Positions 22,001 through 35,800 of a stretch of DNA of 64,000 bases are shown here, one piece after another. Source of the stretch: Eledone cirrhosa (Eukaryota). Location: assembly GCA_964016885.1 (NCBI GenBank), contig OZ024744.1:133920001-133984000 (forward strand), given 5' to 3'. The position numbers were made by a program, and so were the translations under genes. The first letter of the stretch is position 1. Every line of letters starts with the position of its first letter. The notes under the pieces were generated by a model. It saw nothing but the letters and a program-made list of their open reading frames with translations, was not told the DNA's origin and did no database searches.

Positions 22001-25000
22001 GTTAAGTTGGGGTTAAGTTAAGTTGGGGCTAAGTTAAGTTGGGGTTAAGTTAAGTTGGGTTTAAGTTAAGTTGGGGTTAAGTTAAGTTGGGGTCAAGTTA
22101 AGTTGGGGTTAAGTTAAGTTGGTTAGTTAAGTTGAGTTTAAGTTAAGTTGGGGTTAATTTAAGTTGGGGTTAAGTTAAGTTGGGGTTAAGTTAAGTTGGG
22201 GTTAAGTTAAGTTGGGGTTAAGTTAAGTCGGGGTTAATTTAAGTCGGGGTTAAGTTAAGTTAGGGTTCAGTTAAGTTGGGGTTAAGTTAAGTTGGGGTTG
22301 AGTTAAGTTGGGGTTGAGTTAAATTGGCGTTGAGTTAAGTTGGGGTTGAGTTAAGTTGGTGTTGAGTTAAGTTGGGGTTAAGTTAAGTTGGGGTTAAGTT
22401 AAGTTGAGGTTAAGTTAAGTTGGGGTTAAATTAAGTTGGGGTTAAGTTAAGTTGGGGTTAAGTTAAGTTGGGGTTAAGTTAAGTTGGGGATAAGTTAAGT
22501 TGGGGATAATTTAAGTTGGGGTTAAGTTAAGTTGGGTTTAAGTTAAGTTGGGGTTAAGTTAAGTTGGGGTTAAATTAAGTTGGGGTTAAATTAAGTTGGG
22601 GTTAAGTTAAGTTGGGGTTAAGTTAAGTTGGGGCTAAGTTAAGTTGGGGCTGAGTTAAGTTGGGGTTAAGTTAAGTTGGGGTTAAGTTAAGTTGGGGTTA
22701 AGTTAAGTTGGGGTTTATATAAGTTGGGGTTAAGTTAAGTTGGGGTTCAGTTAAGTTGGGGTTAAGTTAAGTTGGGGTTAAGATAGGGTTAAATTAAGTT
22801 GGGGTTAAGTTAAGTTGGGGTTAAGTTAAGTTGGGGTTAAGTTAAGTTGGGGTTAAGTTAAGTCGGGGTTAAGTTAAGTCGGGGTTAAGTTAAGTTAGGG
22901 TTCAGTTAAGTTGGGGTTAAGTTAAGTTGGGGTTGAGTTAAGTTGGGGTTGAGTTAAATTGGGGTTGAGTTAAGTTGGGGTTGAGTTAAGTTGGTGTTGA
23001 GTTAAGTTGGGGTTAAGTTAAGTTGGGGTTAAGTTAAGTTGCAGTTAAGTTAAGTTGAGGTTAAGTTAAGGTGGGGTTAAGTTAAGTCGGGGTTAAGTTA
23101 AGTTGTGGTTGAGTTAAGTTGTGGTTAATTTAAGTTGGGGCTAAGTTAATTTGTGGTTAAGTTAAGTTGGGGTTAAGTTAAGTTGGGGTTAAGTTAAGTT
23201 GGGGTTGAGTTAAGTTGGGGTTGAGTTAATTTGGGGTTAAGTTAAGTTGGGGTTAATTTAAGTTGGGTTTAAGTTAATTTGGGCTTAAATTAAGTTGGGG
23301 TTAAATTAAGTTGGGGTTAAGTTAAGTTGGGGGTAAGTTAAGTTGGCGGCAAGTTAAGTTGGGGTTAATTTAAGTTGGGGTTAAATTAAGTTGGGGTTAC
23401 GTTAAGTTGGTGTTAAGTTAAGTTGGGGTTAATTTAAGTTGGGGTTAATTAAGTTGGGGTTAAGTTAAGTTGGGGTTAAGTTAAGTTGGGGTTAATTTAA
23501 GTTGGGGTTGAGTTAAGTTGGGGTTAAGTTAAGTTAGGTTTAAGTTAAGTTGGGGTTAAGTTAAGTTGGGGTTAAGTTAAGTTGGGGTTAAGTTAAGTTG
23601 GGGTTAAGTTAATTTGTGGTTAAGTTAAGTTGGGGTTAAGTTAAGTTGGGGTTAAGTTAAGTTGGGGTTAAATTAAGTTGGGGTTAAATTAAGTTGGGGT
23701 TAAGTTAAGTTGGGGTTAAGTTAAGTTGGGGATAAGTTAAGTTGGGGATAATTTAAGTTGGGGTTAAGTTAAGTTGGGTTTAAGTTAAGTTGGGGTTAAG
23801 TTAAGTTGGGGATAAGTTAAGTTGGGGTTAAGTTAAGTTGGGGTTAAGTTAAGTTGGGGCTGAGTTAAGTTGGGGTTAAGTTAAGTTGGGGTTAAGTTAA
23901 GTTGGTGTTAATTTAAGTTGGGGTTTATTTAAGTTGGGGTTACGTTAAGTTGGTGTTAAGTTAAGTTGGGGTTAATTTAAGTTGGGGTTAATTAAGTTGG
24001 GGATAAGTTAAGTTGGGGTTAAGTTAAGATGGGGTTAATTTAAGTTGGGATTGAGTTAAGTTGGGGTTAAGTTAAGTTGGGGTTATATTAAGTTGGGGTT
24101 AAGTTAAGTTGGGGTTAAGTTAAGTTGGGGTTAAGTTAAGTTGGGGTTAAGTTAAGTTGGTGTTAAGTTAAGTTGGGGCTAAGTTAAGTTGGGGCTGAGT
24201 TAAGTTGGGGCTGAGTTAAGTTGGGGTTAAGTTAAGTTGGGGTTGAGTTAAGTTGGGGTTAAGTTAAGTTGGGGTCAAGTTAAGTCGGGGTTAAGTTGGG
24301 GTTAAGTTAAGTTAGGGTTAAGTTAAGTTGGGGTTAAGTTAAGTTGGGGTTAAGTTAAGTTGGGGTTAAGTTAAGTTGGGGTTAAGTTAAGTTGGGGTTA
24401 AGTTAATTTGTGGTTAAGTTAAGTTGGGGTTAAGTTAAGTTGGGGTTAAGTTAACTTGGGGTTAAGTTAAGTCGGGGTTAAGTTAAGTTGGGGTTAAGTT
24501 AAGTTGGGGTTAATTTAAGTTGGGGTTAAGTTAAGTTGGGGTTAAGTTAAGTTGGGGTTAAGTTAAGATGGGGTTAAGTTAAGTTGGGGTTAAGTTAAGT
24601 TGAGGTTAAGTTAAGTTGGGGTTAAATTAAGTTGGGGTTAAGTTAAGTTGGGGTTAAGTTAAGTTGGGGTTAAGTTAAGTTGGGGATAAGTTAAGTTGGG
24701 GATAATTTAAGTTGGGGTTAAGTTAAGTTGGGTTTAAGTTAAGTTGGGGTTAAGTTAAGTTGGGGTTAAGTTAAGTTGGGGTTAAGTTAAGTTGGGGCTA
24801 AGTTAAGTTGGGGCTGAGTTAAGTTGGGGTTAAGTTAAGTTGGGGTTAAGTTAAGTTGGGGTTAAGTTAAGTTGGGGTTTATTTAAGTTGGGGTTAAATT
24901 AAGTTGGGGTTCAGTTAAGTTGGGGTTAAGATAAGTTGGGGTTAAGATGGGGTTAAATTAAGTTGGGGTTAAGTTAAGTTGGGGTTAAGTTAAGTTGGGG

Positions 25001-28000
25001 TTAAGTTAAGTTGGGGTTAAGTTAAGTCGGGGTTAAGTTAAGTCGGGGTTAAGTTAAGTTAGGGTTCAGTTAAGTTGGGGTTAAGTTAAGTTGGGGTTGA
25101 GTTAAGTTGGGGTTGAGTTAAATTGGAGTTGAGTTAAGTTGGGGTTGAGTTAAGTTGGTTTTGAGTTAAGTTGGGGTTAAGTTAAGTTGGGGTTAAGTTA
25201 AGTTGCAGTTAAGTTAAGTTGAGGTTAAGTTAAGGTGCGGTTAAGTTAAGTTGAGGCTAAGTTAAGTTGGGGCTAAGTTAAGTTGGGGCTAAGTTAAGTT
25301 GGGGTTAAGTTATGTTGGGGTTAAGTTAAGTCGGGGTTAAGTTAAGTTGGGGTTAAGTTAAGTTGAGGTTAATTTAATTTGGGGTTAAGTTAAGTTGGGG
25401 TTAAGTTAAGTTGGGGTCAAGTTAAGTTGGGGTTAAGTTAAGTTGGTTAGTTAAGTTGAGTTTAAGTTAAGTTGGGGTTAATTTAAGTTGGGGTTAAGTT
25501 AAGTTGGGGTTAAGTTAAGTTGGGGTTAAGTTAAGTTGGGGTTAAGTTAAGTCGGGGTTAATTTAAGTCGGGGTTAAGTTAAGTTAGGGTTCAGTTAAGT
25601 TGGGGTTAAGTTAAGTTGGGGTTGAGTTAAGTTGGGGTTGAGTTAAATTGGCGTTGAGTTAAGTTGGGGTTGAGTTAAGTTGGTGTTGAGTTAAGTTGGG
25701 GTTAAGTTAAGTTGGGGTTAAGTTAAGTTGAGGTTAAGTTAAGTTGGGGTTAAATTAAGTTGGGGTTAAGTTAAGTTGGGGTTAAGTTAAGTTGGGGTTA
25801 ATTTAAGTTGGGGATAAGTTAAGTTGGGGATAATTTAAGTTGGGGTTAAGTTAAGTTGGGTTTAAGTTAAGTTGGGGTTAAGTTAAGTTGGGGTTAAATT
25901 AAGTTGGGGTTAAATTAAGTTGGGGTTAAGTTAAGTTGGGGTTAAGTTAAGTTGGGGCTAAGTTAAGTTGGGGCTGAGTTAAGTTGGGGTTAAGTTAAGT
26001 TGGGGTTAAGTTAAGTTGGGGTTAAGTTAAGTTGGGGTTTATATAAGTTGGGGTTAAGTTAAGTTGGGGTTCAGTTAAGTTGGGGTTAAGTTAAGTTGGG
26101 GTTAAGATAGGGTTAAATTAAGTTGGGGTTAAGTTAAGTTGGGGTTAAGTTAAGTTGGGGTTAAGTTAAGTTGGGGTTAAGTTAAGTCGGGGTTAAGTTA
26201 AGTCGGGGCTAAGTTAAGTTAGGGTTCAGTTAAGTTGGGGTTAAGTTAAGTTGGGGTTGAGTTAAGTTGGGGTTGAGTTAAATTGGGGTTGAGTTAAGTT
26301 GGGGTTGAGTTAAGTTGGTGTTGAGTTAAGTTGGGGTTAAGTTAAGTTGGGGTTAAGTTAAGTTGCAGTTAAGTTAAGTTGAGGTTAAGTTAAGGTGGGG
26401 TTAAGTTAAGTCGGGGTTAAGTTAAGTTGTGGTTGAGTTAAGTTGGGGTTAATTTAAGTTGGGGCTAAGTTAATTTGTGGTTAAGTTAAGTTGGGGTTAA
26501 GTTAAGTTGGGGTTAAGTTAAGTTGGGGTTGAGTTAAGTTGGGGTTGAGTTAATTTGGGGTTAAGTTAAGTTGGGGTTAATTTAAGTTGGGTTTAAGTTA
26601 ATTTGGGCTTAAATTAAGTTGGGGTTAAATTAAGTTGGGGTTAAGTTAAGTTGGGGGTAAGTTAAGTTGGCGGCAAGTTAAGTTGGGGTTAATTTAAGTT
26701 GGGGTTAAATTAAGTTGGGGTTACGTTAAGTTGGTGTTAAGTTAAGTTGGGGTTAATTTAAGTTGGGGTTAATTAAGTTGGGGTTAAGTTAAGTTGGGGT
26801 CAAGTTAAGTTGGGGTTAATTTAAGTTGGGGTTGAGTTAAGTTGGGGTTAAGTTAAGTTGGGGTTATATTAAGTTGGGGTTAAGTTAAGTTGGGGTTCAG
26901 TTAAGTTGGGGATAAGTTAAGTTGGGGTTAAGTTAAGTTGGGGCTAAGTTAAGTTGGGGCTGAGTTAAGTTGGGGCTGAGTTAAGTTGGGGTTAAGTTAA
27001 GTTGGGGTTGAGTTAAGTTGGGGTTAAGTTAAGTTGGGGTCAAGTTAAGTTGGGGTTAAGTTGGGGTTAAGTTAAGTTAGGTTTAAGTTAAGTTGGGGTT
27101 AAGTTAAGTTGGGGTTAAGTTAAGTTGGTTAGTTAAGTTGAGTTTAAGTTAAGTTGGGGTTAATTTAAGTTGGGATTAAGTTAAGTTGGGGTTAAGTTAA
27201 GTTGGGGTTAAGTTAAGTTGGGGTTAAGTTAAGTTGGGGTTAAGTTAAGTCGGGGTTAATTTAAGTCGGGGTTAAGTTAAGTTAGGGTTCAGTTAAGTTG
27301 GGGTTAAGTTAAGTTGGGGTTGAGTTAAGTTGGGGTTGAGTTAAATTGGCGTTGAGTTAAGTTGGGGTTGAGTTAAGTTGGTGTTGAGTTAAGTTGGGGT
27401 TAAGTTAAGTTGGGGTTAAGTTAAGTTGCAGTTAAGTTAAGTTGAGGTTAAGTTAAGGTGGGGTTAAGTTAAGTCGGGGTTAAGTTAAGTTGTGGTTGAG
27501 TTAAGTTGGGGTTAATTTAAGTTGGGGCTAAGTTAATTTGTGGTTAAGTTAAGTTGGGGTTAAGTTAAGTTGGGGTTAAGTTAAGTTGGGGTTGAGTTAA
27601 GTTGGGGTTGAGTTAATTTGGGGTTAAGTTAAGTTGGGGTTAAGTTAAGTTGGGTTTAAGTTAAGTTGGGGTTAAATTAAGTTGGGTTTAAATTAAGGTG
27701 GGGTTAAGTTAAGTTGGGGGTAAGTTAAGTTGGGGGCAAGTTAAGTTGGGGTTAATTTAAGTTGGGGTTAAATTAAGTTGGGGTTACGTTAAGTTGGTGT
27801 TAAGTTAAGTTGGGGTTAATTTAAGTTGGGGTTAATTAAGTTGGGGTTAATTTAAGTTGGGGTTAAGTTAAGTTGGGGTTAATTTAAGTTGGGGTTGAGT
27901 TAAGTTGGGGTTCAGTTAAGTTGGGGATAAGTTAAGTTGGGGTTAAGTTAAGTTGGGGTTAAGTTAAGTTGGGGTTAAGTTAAGTTGGTGTTAAGTTAAG

Positions 28001-29637
28001 TTGGGGCTAAGTTAAGTTGGGGCTGAGTTAAGTTGGGGCTGAGTTATGTTGGGGTTAAGTTAAGTTGGGGTTAAGTTAAGTTGGGGTTAATTTAAGTTGG
28101 GGTTTATTTAAGTTGGGGTTACGTTAAGTTGGTGTTAAGTTAAGTTGGGGTTAATTTAAGTTGGGGTTAATTAAGTTGGGGTTAAGTTAAGTTGGGGTTA
28201 ATTTAAGTTGGGGTTGAGTTAAGTTGGGGTTAAGTTAAGTTGGGGTTATATTAAGTTGGGGTTAAGTTAAGTTGGGGTTCAGTTAAGTTGGGTATAAGTT
28301 AAGTTGGGGTTAAGTTAAGTTGGGGTTAAGTTAAGTTGGGGTTAAGTTAAGTTGGTGTTAAGTTAAGTTGGGGCTAAGTTAAGTTGGGGCTGAGTTAAGT
28401 TGGGGCTGAGTTAAGTTGGGGTTAAGTTGGGGTCAAGTTAAGTTGGGGTTAAGTTGGGGTTAAGTTAAGTTAGGTTTAAGTTAAGTTGGGGTTAAGTTAA
28501 GTTGGGGTTAAGTTAAGTTGGGGTTAAGTTCATTTCTGGTTAAGTTAAGTTGGGGTAAAGTTAAGTTGGGGTTAAGTTAAGTCGGGGTTAAGTTAAGTTG
28601 GGGTTAAGTTAAGTTGGGGTTAATTTAAGTTGGGGTTAAGTTAAGTTGGGGTCAAGTTAAGTTGGGGTTAAGTTGGGGTTAAGTTAAGTTAGGTTTAAGT
28701 TAAGTTGGGGTTAAGTTAAGTTGGGGTTAAGTTAAGTTGGGGTTAAGTTAAGTTGGGGTTAAGTTAAGTTGGGGTTAAGTTAATTTGTGGTTAAGTTAAG
28801 TTGGGGTTAAGTTAAGTTGGGGTTAAGTTAAGTTGGGGTTAAGTTAAGTCGGGGTTAAGTTAAGTTGGGGTTAAGTTAAGTTGGGGTTAATTTAAGTTGG
28901 GGTTGAATTAAGTTGGGGTTAAGTTAAGTTGGGGTTAAATTAAGTTGGGGTTAAGTTAAGTTGGGGTTAAGTCAAGTTGGGGTTAAGTTAAGTTGGGGAT
29001 AAGTTAAGTTGGGGATAATTTAAGTTGGGGTTAAGTTAAGTTGGGTTTAAGTTAAGTTGGGGTTAAGTTAAGTTGGGGTTAAGTTAAGTTGGGGTTAAGT
29101 TAAGTTGGGGTTAAGTTAAGTTGGGGTTAAGTTAAGTTGGGGCTAAGTTAAGTTGGGGCTGAGTTAAGTTGGGGTTAAGTTAAGTTGGGCTTAATTTAAG
29201 TCGGGGTTAAGTTAAGTTAGGGTTCAGTTAAGTTGGGGTTAAGTTAAGTTGGGGTTGAGTTAAGTTGGGGTTGAGTTAAATTGGGGTTGAGTTAAGTTGG
29301 GGTTGAGTTAAGTTGGTGTTGAATTAAGTTGGGGTTCAGTTAAGTTGGGGTTAAGTTAAGTTGCAGTTAAGTTAAGTTGAGGTTAAGTTAAGGTGCGGTT
29401 AAGTTAAGTTGGGGTTAAGTTAAGTTGGGGCTAAGTTAAGTTGGGGCTAAGTTAAGTTGGGGCTAAGTTAAGTTGGGGTTAAGTTAAGTTGGGGTTAAGT
29501 TAAGTTGGTTAGTTAAGTTGAGTTTAAGTTAAGTTGGGGTTAATTTAAGTTGGGGTTAAGTTATGTTGGGTTTAAGTTAAGTTGGGGTTAAGTTAAGTTG
29601 GGGTTAAGTTAAGTTGGGGTTAAGTTAAGTTGGGGTT

Positions 29638-29810
29638 AACCCCAACTTAACTTAACCCCAACTTCACTCAACCCCAACGTAACTCAACCCCAACTTAACT
29701 TAACCCCAACTTCACTCAACCCCAACTTAACTTAACCCCAACTTCACTCAACCCCAACTTCCAACTTGACTTAACCCCAACTTAACTTAGCCCCAACTTA
29801 TCTTAAGCCC
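29638..29810 (-). repeat. Inverted island, copy 3
   Basis: Same block. Shares CTTATCTT (T29801) with copy 2 and lies exactly 10,726 bp downstream of it. Confidence 0.97.
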
Positions 29811-32800
29811 TAAGTCGGGGTTAAGTTAAGTTGGCGTTAAGTTAAGTTAGGCTTAACTTAAGTTGGGGTTCAGTTAAGTTGGGGGTAAGTTAAGTTGGGG
29901 GTAAGTTAAGTTGGGGTTAAGTTAAGTTGCGGTTAAGTTGGGGTTAAGTTAAGTTAGGGTTAAGTTAAGTTGGGGTTGAGTTAAGTTGGGGTTAATTAAG
30001 TGGTGGTTATGTTAAGTTGGGGTTAAGTTAAGTTGGGGTTAATTTAAATTGGGGTTAAGTTAACTTTGTGGTTAAGTTAAGTTGGGGTTAAGTTAAGTTG
30101 GGGTTAAGTTGGGGTTGAGTTAAGTTGGGGTTGAGTGAAGTTGGGGTTAAGTTAAGTTAAGTTGGGGTTAAGTTAAGTCGGGGTTAAGTTAAGTTGTGGT
30201 TGATTTAAGTTGGGGTTAATTTAAGTTGGGGCTAAGTTAATTTGTGGTTAAGTTAAGTTGGGGTTAAGTTAAGTTGGGGATAAGTTAAGTTGGGGTTGAG
30301 TTAAGTTGGGGTTGAGTTAATTTGGGGTTAAGTTAAGTTGGGGTTAATTTAAGTTGGGTTTAAGTTAATTTGGGTTTAAATTAAGTTGGGGTTAAATTAA
30401 GTTGGGGTTAAGTTAAGTTGGGGGTAAGTTAAGTTGGGGGCAAGTTAAGTTGGGGTTAATTTAAGTTGGGGTTAAGTTAAGTTGGGGTTCAGTTAAGTTG
30501 GGGATAAGTTAAGTTGGGGTTAAGTTAAGTTGGGGCTAAGTTAAGTTGGGGCTGAGTTAAGTTGGGGCTGAGTTAAGTTGGGGTTAAGTTAAGTTGGGGT
30601 TGAGTTAAGTTGGGGTTAAGTTAAGTTGGGGTCAAGTTAAGTTGGGGTTAAGTTGGGGTTAAGTTAAGTTAGGTTTAAGTTAAGTTGGGGTTAAGTTAAG
30701 TTGGGGTTACGTTAAGTTGGGGTTAAGTTAAGTTGGGGTTAAGTTAAGTTGGTGTTAAGTTAAGTTGGGGCTAAGTTAAGTTGGGGCTGAGTTAAGTTGG
30801 GGTTGAGTTAAGTTGGGGTTAAGTTAAGTTGGGGTTGAGTTAAGTTGGGGTTAAGTTAAGTTGGGGTCAAGTTAAGTTGGGGTTAAGTTGGGGTTAAGTT
30901 AAGTTAGGTTTAAGTTAAGTTGGGGTTAAGTTAAGTTGGGGTTAAGTTAAGTTGGGGTTAAGTTAATTTGTGGTTAAGTTAAGTTGGGGTTAAGTTAAGT
31001 TGGGGTTAAGTTAAGTTGGGGTTAAATTAAGTTGGGGTTAAGTTAAGTTGGGGTTAAGTTAAGTTGGGGTTAAGTTAAGTTGGGGATAAGTTAAGTTGGG
31101 GATAATTTAAGTTGGGGTTAAGTTAAGTTGGGTTTAAGTTAAGTTGGGGTTAAGTTAAGTTGGGGATAAGTTAGGTTGGGGTTAAGTTAAGTTGGGGTTA
31201 AGTTAAGTTGAGGCTAAGTTAAGTTGGGGCTGAGTTAAGTTGGGGTTAAGTTAAGTTGGGGTTAAGTTAAGTTGGGGTTAATTTAACTTGGGGTTAATTA
31301 AGTTGGGGTTAAGTTAAGTTGGGGTTAAGTTAAGATGGGGTTAATTTAAGTTGGGATTGAGTTAAGTTGGGGTTAAGTTAAGTTGGGGTTATATTAAGTT
31401 GGGGTTAAGTTAAGTTGGGGTTCAGTTAAGTTGGGGATAAGTTATGTTGGGGTTAAGTTAAGTTGGGGTTAAGTTAAGTTGGGGTTAAGTTAAGTTGGTG
31501 TTAAGTTAAGTTGGGGCTAAGTTAAGTTGGGGCTGAGTTAAGTTGGGGCTGAGTTAAGTTGGGGTTAAGTTAAGTTGGGGTTGAGTTAAGTTGGGGTTAA
31601 GTTAAGTTGGGGTCAAGTTAAGTCGGGGTTAAGTTGGGGTTAAGTTAAGTTAGGGTTAAGTTAAGTTGGGGTTAAGTTAAGTTGGGGTTAAGTTAAGTTG
31701 GGGTTAAGTTAAGTTGGGGTTAAGTTAAGTTGGGGTTAAGTTAATTTGTGGTTAAGTTAAGTTGGGGTTAAGTTAAGTTGGGGTTAAGTTAAGTTGGGGT
31801 TAAGTTAAGTCGGGGTTAAGTTAAGTTGGGGTTAAGTTAAGTTGGGGTTAATTTAAGTTGGGGTTAAGTTAAGTTGGGGTTAAGTTAAGTTGGGGTTAAG
31901 TTAAGATGGGGTTAAGTTAAGTTGGGGTTAAGTTAAGTTGAGGTTAAGTTAAGTTGGGGTTAAATTAAGTTGGGGTTAAGTTAAGTTGGGGTTAAGTTAA
32001 GTTGGGGTTAAGTTAAGTTGGGGATAAGTTAAGTTGGGGATAATTTAAGTTGGGGTTAAGTTAAGTTGGGTTTAAGTTAAGTTGGGGTTAAGTTAAGTTG
32101 GGGTTAAGTTAAGTTGGGGTTAAGTTAAGTTGGGGTTAAGTTAAGTTGGGGCTAAGTTAAGTTGGGGCTGAGTTAAGTTGGGGTTAAGTTAAGTTGGGGT
32201 TAAGTTAAGTTGGGGTTAAGTTAAGTTGGGGTTTATTTAAGTTGGGGTTAAATTAAGTTGGGGTTCAGTTAAGTTGGGGTTAAGATAAGTTGGGGTTAAG
32301 ATGGGGTTAAATTAAGTTGGGGTTAAGTTAAGTTGGGGTTAAGTTAAGTTGGGGTTAAGTTAAGTTGGGGTTAAGTTAAGTCGGGGTTAAGTTAAGTCGG
32401 GGTTAAGTTAAGTTAGGGTTCAGTTAAGTTGGGGTTAAGTTAAGTTGGGGTTGAGTTAAGTTGGGGTTGAGTTAAATTGGAGTTGAGTTAAGTTGGGGTT
32501 GAGTTAAGTTGGTTTTGAGTTAAGTTGGGGTTAAGTTAAGTTGGGGTTAAGTTAAGTTGCAGTTAAGTTAAGTTGAGGTTAAGTTAAGGTGCGGTTAAGT
32601 TAAGTTGGGGCTAAGTTAAGTTGGGGCTAAGTTAAGTTGGGGCTAAGTTAAGTTGGGGTTAAGTTAAGTCGGGGTTAAGTTAAGTTGGGGTTAAGTTAAG
32701 TTGAGGTTAATTTAATTTGGGGTTAAGTTAAGTTGGGGTTAAGTTAAGTTGGGGCTAAGTTAAGTTGGGGTTAAGTTAAGTTGGGTTTAAGTTAAGTTGG

Positions 32801-35800
32801 GGTTAAGTTAAGTTGGGGTCAAGTTAAGTTGGGGTTAAGTTAAGTTGGTTAGTTAAGTTGAGTTTAAGTTAAGTTGGGGTTAATTTAAGTTGGGGTTAAG
32901 TTAAGTTGGGGTTAAGTTAAGTTGGGGTTAAGTTAAGTTGGGGTTAAGTTAAGTCGGGGTTAATTTAAGTCGGGGTTAAGTTAAGTTAGGGTTCAGTTAA
33001 GTTGGGGTTAAGTTAAGTTGGGGTTGAGTTAAGTTGGGGTTGAGTTAAATTGGCGTTGAGTTAAGTTGGGGTTGAGTTAAGTTGGTGTTGAGTTAAGTTG
33101 GGGTTAAGTTAAGTTGGGGTTAAGTTAAGTTGAGGTTAAGTTAAGTTGGGGTTAAATTAAGTTGGGGTTAAGTTAAGTTGGGGTTAAGTTAAGTTGGGGT
33201 TAAGTTAAGTTGGGGATAAGTTAAGTTGGGGATAATTTAAGTTGGGGTTAAGTTAAGTTGGGTTTAAGTTAAGTTGGGGTTAAGTTAAGTTGGGGTTAAA
33301 TTAAGTTGGGGTTAAATTAAGTTGGGGTTAAGTTAAGTTGGGGTTAAGTTAAGTTGGGGCTAAGTTAAGTTGGGGCTGAGTTAAGTTGGGGTTAAGTTAA
33401 GTTGGGGTTAAGTTAAGTTGGGGTTAAGTTAAGTTGGGGTTTATATAAGTTGGGGTTAAGTTAAGTTGGGGTTCAGTTAAGTTGGGGTTAAGTTAAGTTG
33501 GGGTTAAGATAGGGTTAAATTAAGTTGGGGTTAAGTTAAGTTGGGGTTAAGTTAAGTTGGGGTTAAGTTAAGTTGGGGTTAAGTTAAGTCGGGGTTAAGT
33601 TAAGTCGGGGTTAAGTTAAGTTAGGGTTCAGTTAAGTTGGGGTTAAGTTAAGTTGGGGTTGAGTTAAGTTGGGGTTGAGTTAAATTGGGGTTGAGTTAAG
33701 TTGGGGTTGAGTTAAGTTGGTGTTGAGTTAAGTTGGGGTTAAGTTAAGTTGGGGTTAAGTTAAGTTGCAGTTAAGTTAAGTTGAGGTTAAGTTAAGGTGG
33801 GGTTAAGTTAAGTCGGGGTTAAGTTAAGTTGTGGTTGAGTTAAGTTGTGGTTAATTTAAGTTGGGGCTAAGTTAATTTGTGGTTAAGTTAAGTTGGGGTT
33901 AAGTTAAGTTGGGGTTAAGTTAAGTTGGGGTTGAGTTAAGTTGGGGTTGAGTTAATTTGGGGTTAAGTTAAGTTGGGGTTAATTTAAGTTGGGTTTAAGT
34001 TAATTTGGGCTTAAATTAAGTTGGGGTTAAATTAAGTTGGGGTTAAGTTAAGTTGGGGGTAAGTTAAGTTGGCGGCAAGTTAAGTTGGGGTTAATTTAAG
34101 TTGGGGTTAAATTAAGTTGGGGTTACGTTAAGTTGGTGTTAAGTTAAGTTGGGGTTAATTTAAGTTGGGGTTAATTAAGTTGGGGTTAAGTTAAGTTGGG
34201 GTTAAGTTAAGTTGGGGTTAATTTAAGTTGGGGTTGAGTTAAGTTGGGGTTAAGTTAAGTTGGGGTTATATTAAGTTGGGGTTAAGTTAAGTTGGGGTTC
34301 AGTTAAGTTGGGGATAAGTTAAGTTGGGGTTAAGTTAAGTTGGGGCTAAGTTAAGTTGGGGCTGAGTTAAGTTGGGGCTGAGTTAAGTTGGGGTTAAGTT
34401 AAGTTGGGGTTGAGTTAAGTTGGGGTTAAGTTAAGTTGTGGTCAAGTTAAGTTGGGGTTAAGTTGGGGTTAAGTTAAGTTAGGTTTAAGTTAAGTTGGGG
34501 TTAAGTTAAGTTGGGGTTACGTTAAGTTGGTGTTAAGTTAAGTTGGGGTTAATTTAAGTTGGGGTTAATTAAGTTGGGGTTAAGTTAAGTTGGGGTTAAG
34601 TTAAGTTGGGGTTAATTTAAGTTGGGGTTGAGTTAAGTTGGGGTTAAGTTAAGTTGGGGTAATATTAAGTTGGGGTTAAGTTAAGTTGGGGTTCAGTTAA
34701 GTTGGGGATAAGTTAAGTTGGGGTTAAGTTAAGTTGGGGTTAAGTTAAGTTGGGGTTAAGTTAAGTTGGTGTTAAGTTGGGGTTAAGTTAAGTTAGGTTT
34801 AAGTTAAGTTGGGGTTAAGTTAAGTTGGGGTTAAGTTAAGTTGGGGTTAAGTTAATTTGTGGTTAAGTTAAGTTGGGGTTAAGTTAAGTTGGGGTTAAGT
34901 TAAGTTGGGGTTAATTTAAGTTGGGGTTAAGTTAAGTTGGGGTTAAGTTAAGTTGGGGTTAAGTTAAGATGGGGTTAAGTTAAGTTGGGGTTAAGTTAAG
35001 TTGAGGTTAAGTTAAGTTGGGGTTAAATTAAGTTGGGGTTAAGTTAAGTTGGGGTTAAGTTAAGTTGGGGTTAAGTTAAGTTGGGGATAAGTTAAGTTGG
35101 GGATAATTTAAGTTGGGGTTAAGTTAAGTTGGGTTTAAGTTAAGTTGGGGTTAAGTTAAGTTGGGGTTAAGTTAAGTTGGGGTTAAGTTAAGTTGGGGTT
35201 AAGTTAAGTTGGGGTTAAGTTAAGTTGGGGCTAAGTTAAGTTGGGGCTGAGTTAAGTTGGGGTTAAGTTAAGTTGGGGTTAAGTTAAGTTGGGGTTAAGT
35301 TAAGTTGGGGTTTATTTAAGTTGGGGTTAAATTAAGTTGGGGTTCAGTTAAGTTGGGGTTAAGATAAGTTGGGGTTAAGATGGGGTTAAATTAAGTTGGG
35401 GTTAAGTTAAGTTGGGGTTAAGTTAAGTTGGGGTTAAGTTAAGTTGGGGTTAAGTTAAGTCGGGGTTAAGTTAAGTCGGGGTTAAGTTAAGTTAGGGTTC
35501 AGTTAAGTTGGGGTTAAGTTAAGTTGGGGTTGAGTTAAGTTGGGGTTGAGTTAAATTGGAGTTGAGTTAAGTTGGGGTTGAGTTAAGTTGGTTTTGAGTT
35601 AAGTTGGGGTTAAGTTAAGTTGGGGTTAAGTTAAGTTGCAGTTAAGTTAAGTTGAGGTTAAGTTAAGGTGCGGTTAAGTTAAGTTGGGGCTAAGTTAAGT
35701 TGGGGCTAAGTTAAGTTGGGGCTAAGTTAAGTTGGGGTTAAGTTAAGTTGGGGTTAAGTTAAGTCGGGGTTAAGTTAAGTTGGGGTTAAGTTAAGTTGAG

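Larger units (their letters stand above)
12786..34261 (+). repeat. Tandem duplication of a 10,726-bp higher-order unit (2 copies; junction at about 23,512-23,535)
   Basis: Markers at a constant offset of 10,726: TTAGGTTT 12810/23536, TTAACTTGGGG 13729/24455, island 18912/29638, TATC 19075/29801, second GTGG 23122/33848. One difference noticed (C21408 vs G32134). Confidence 0.9.
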
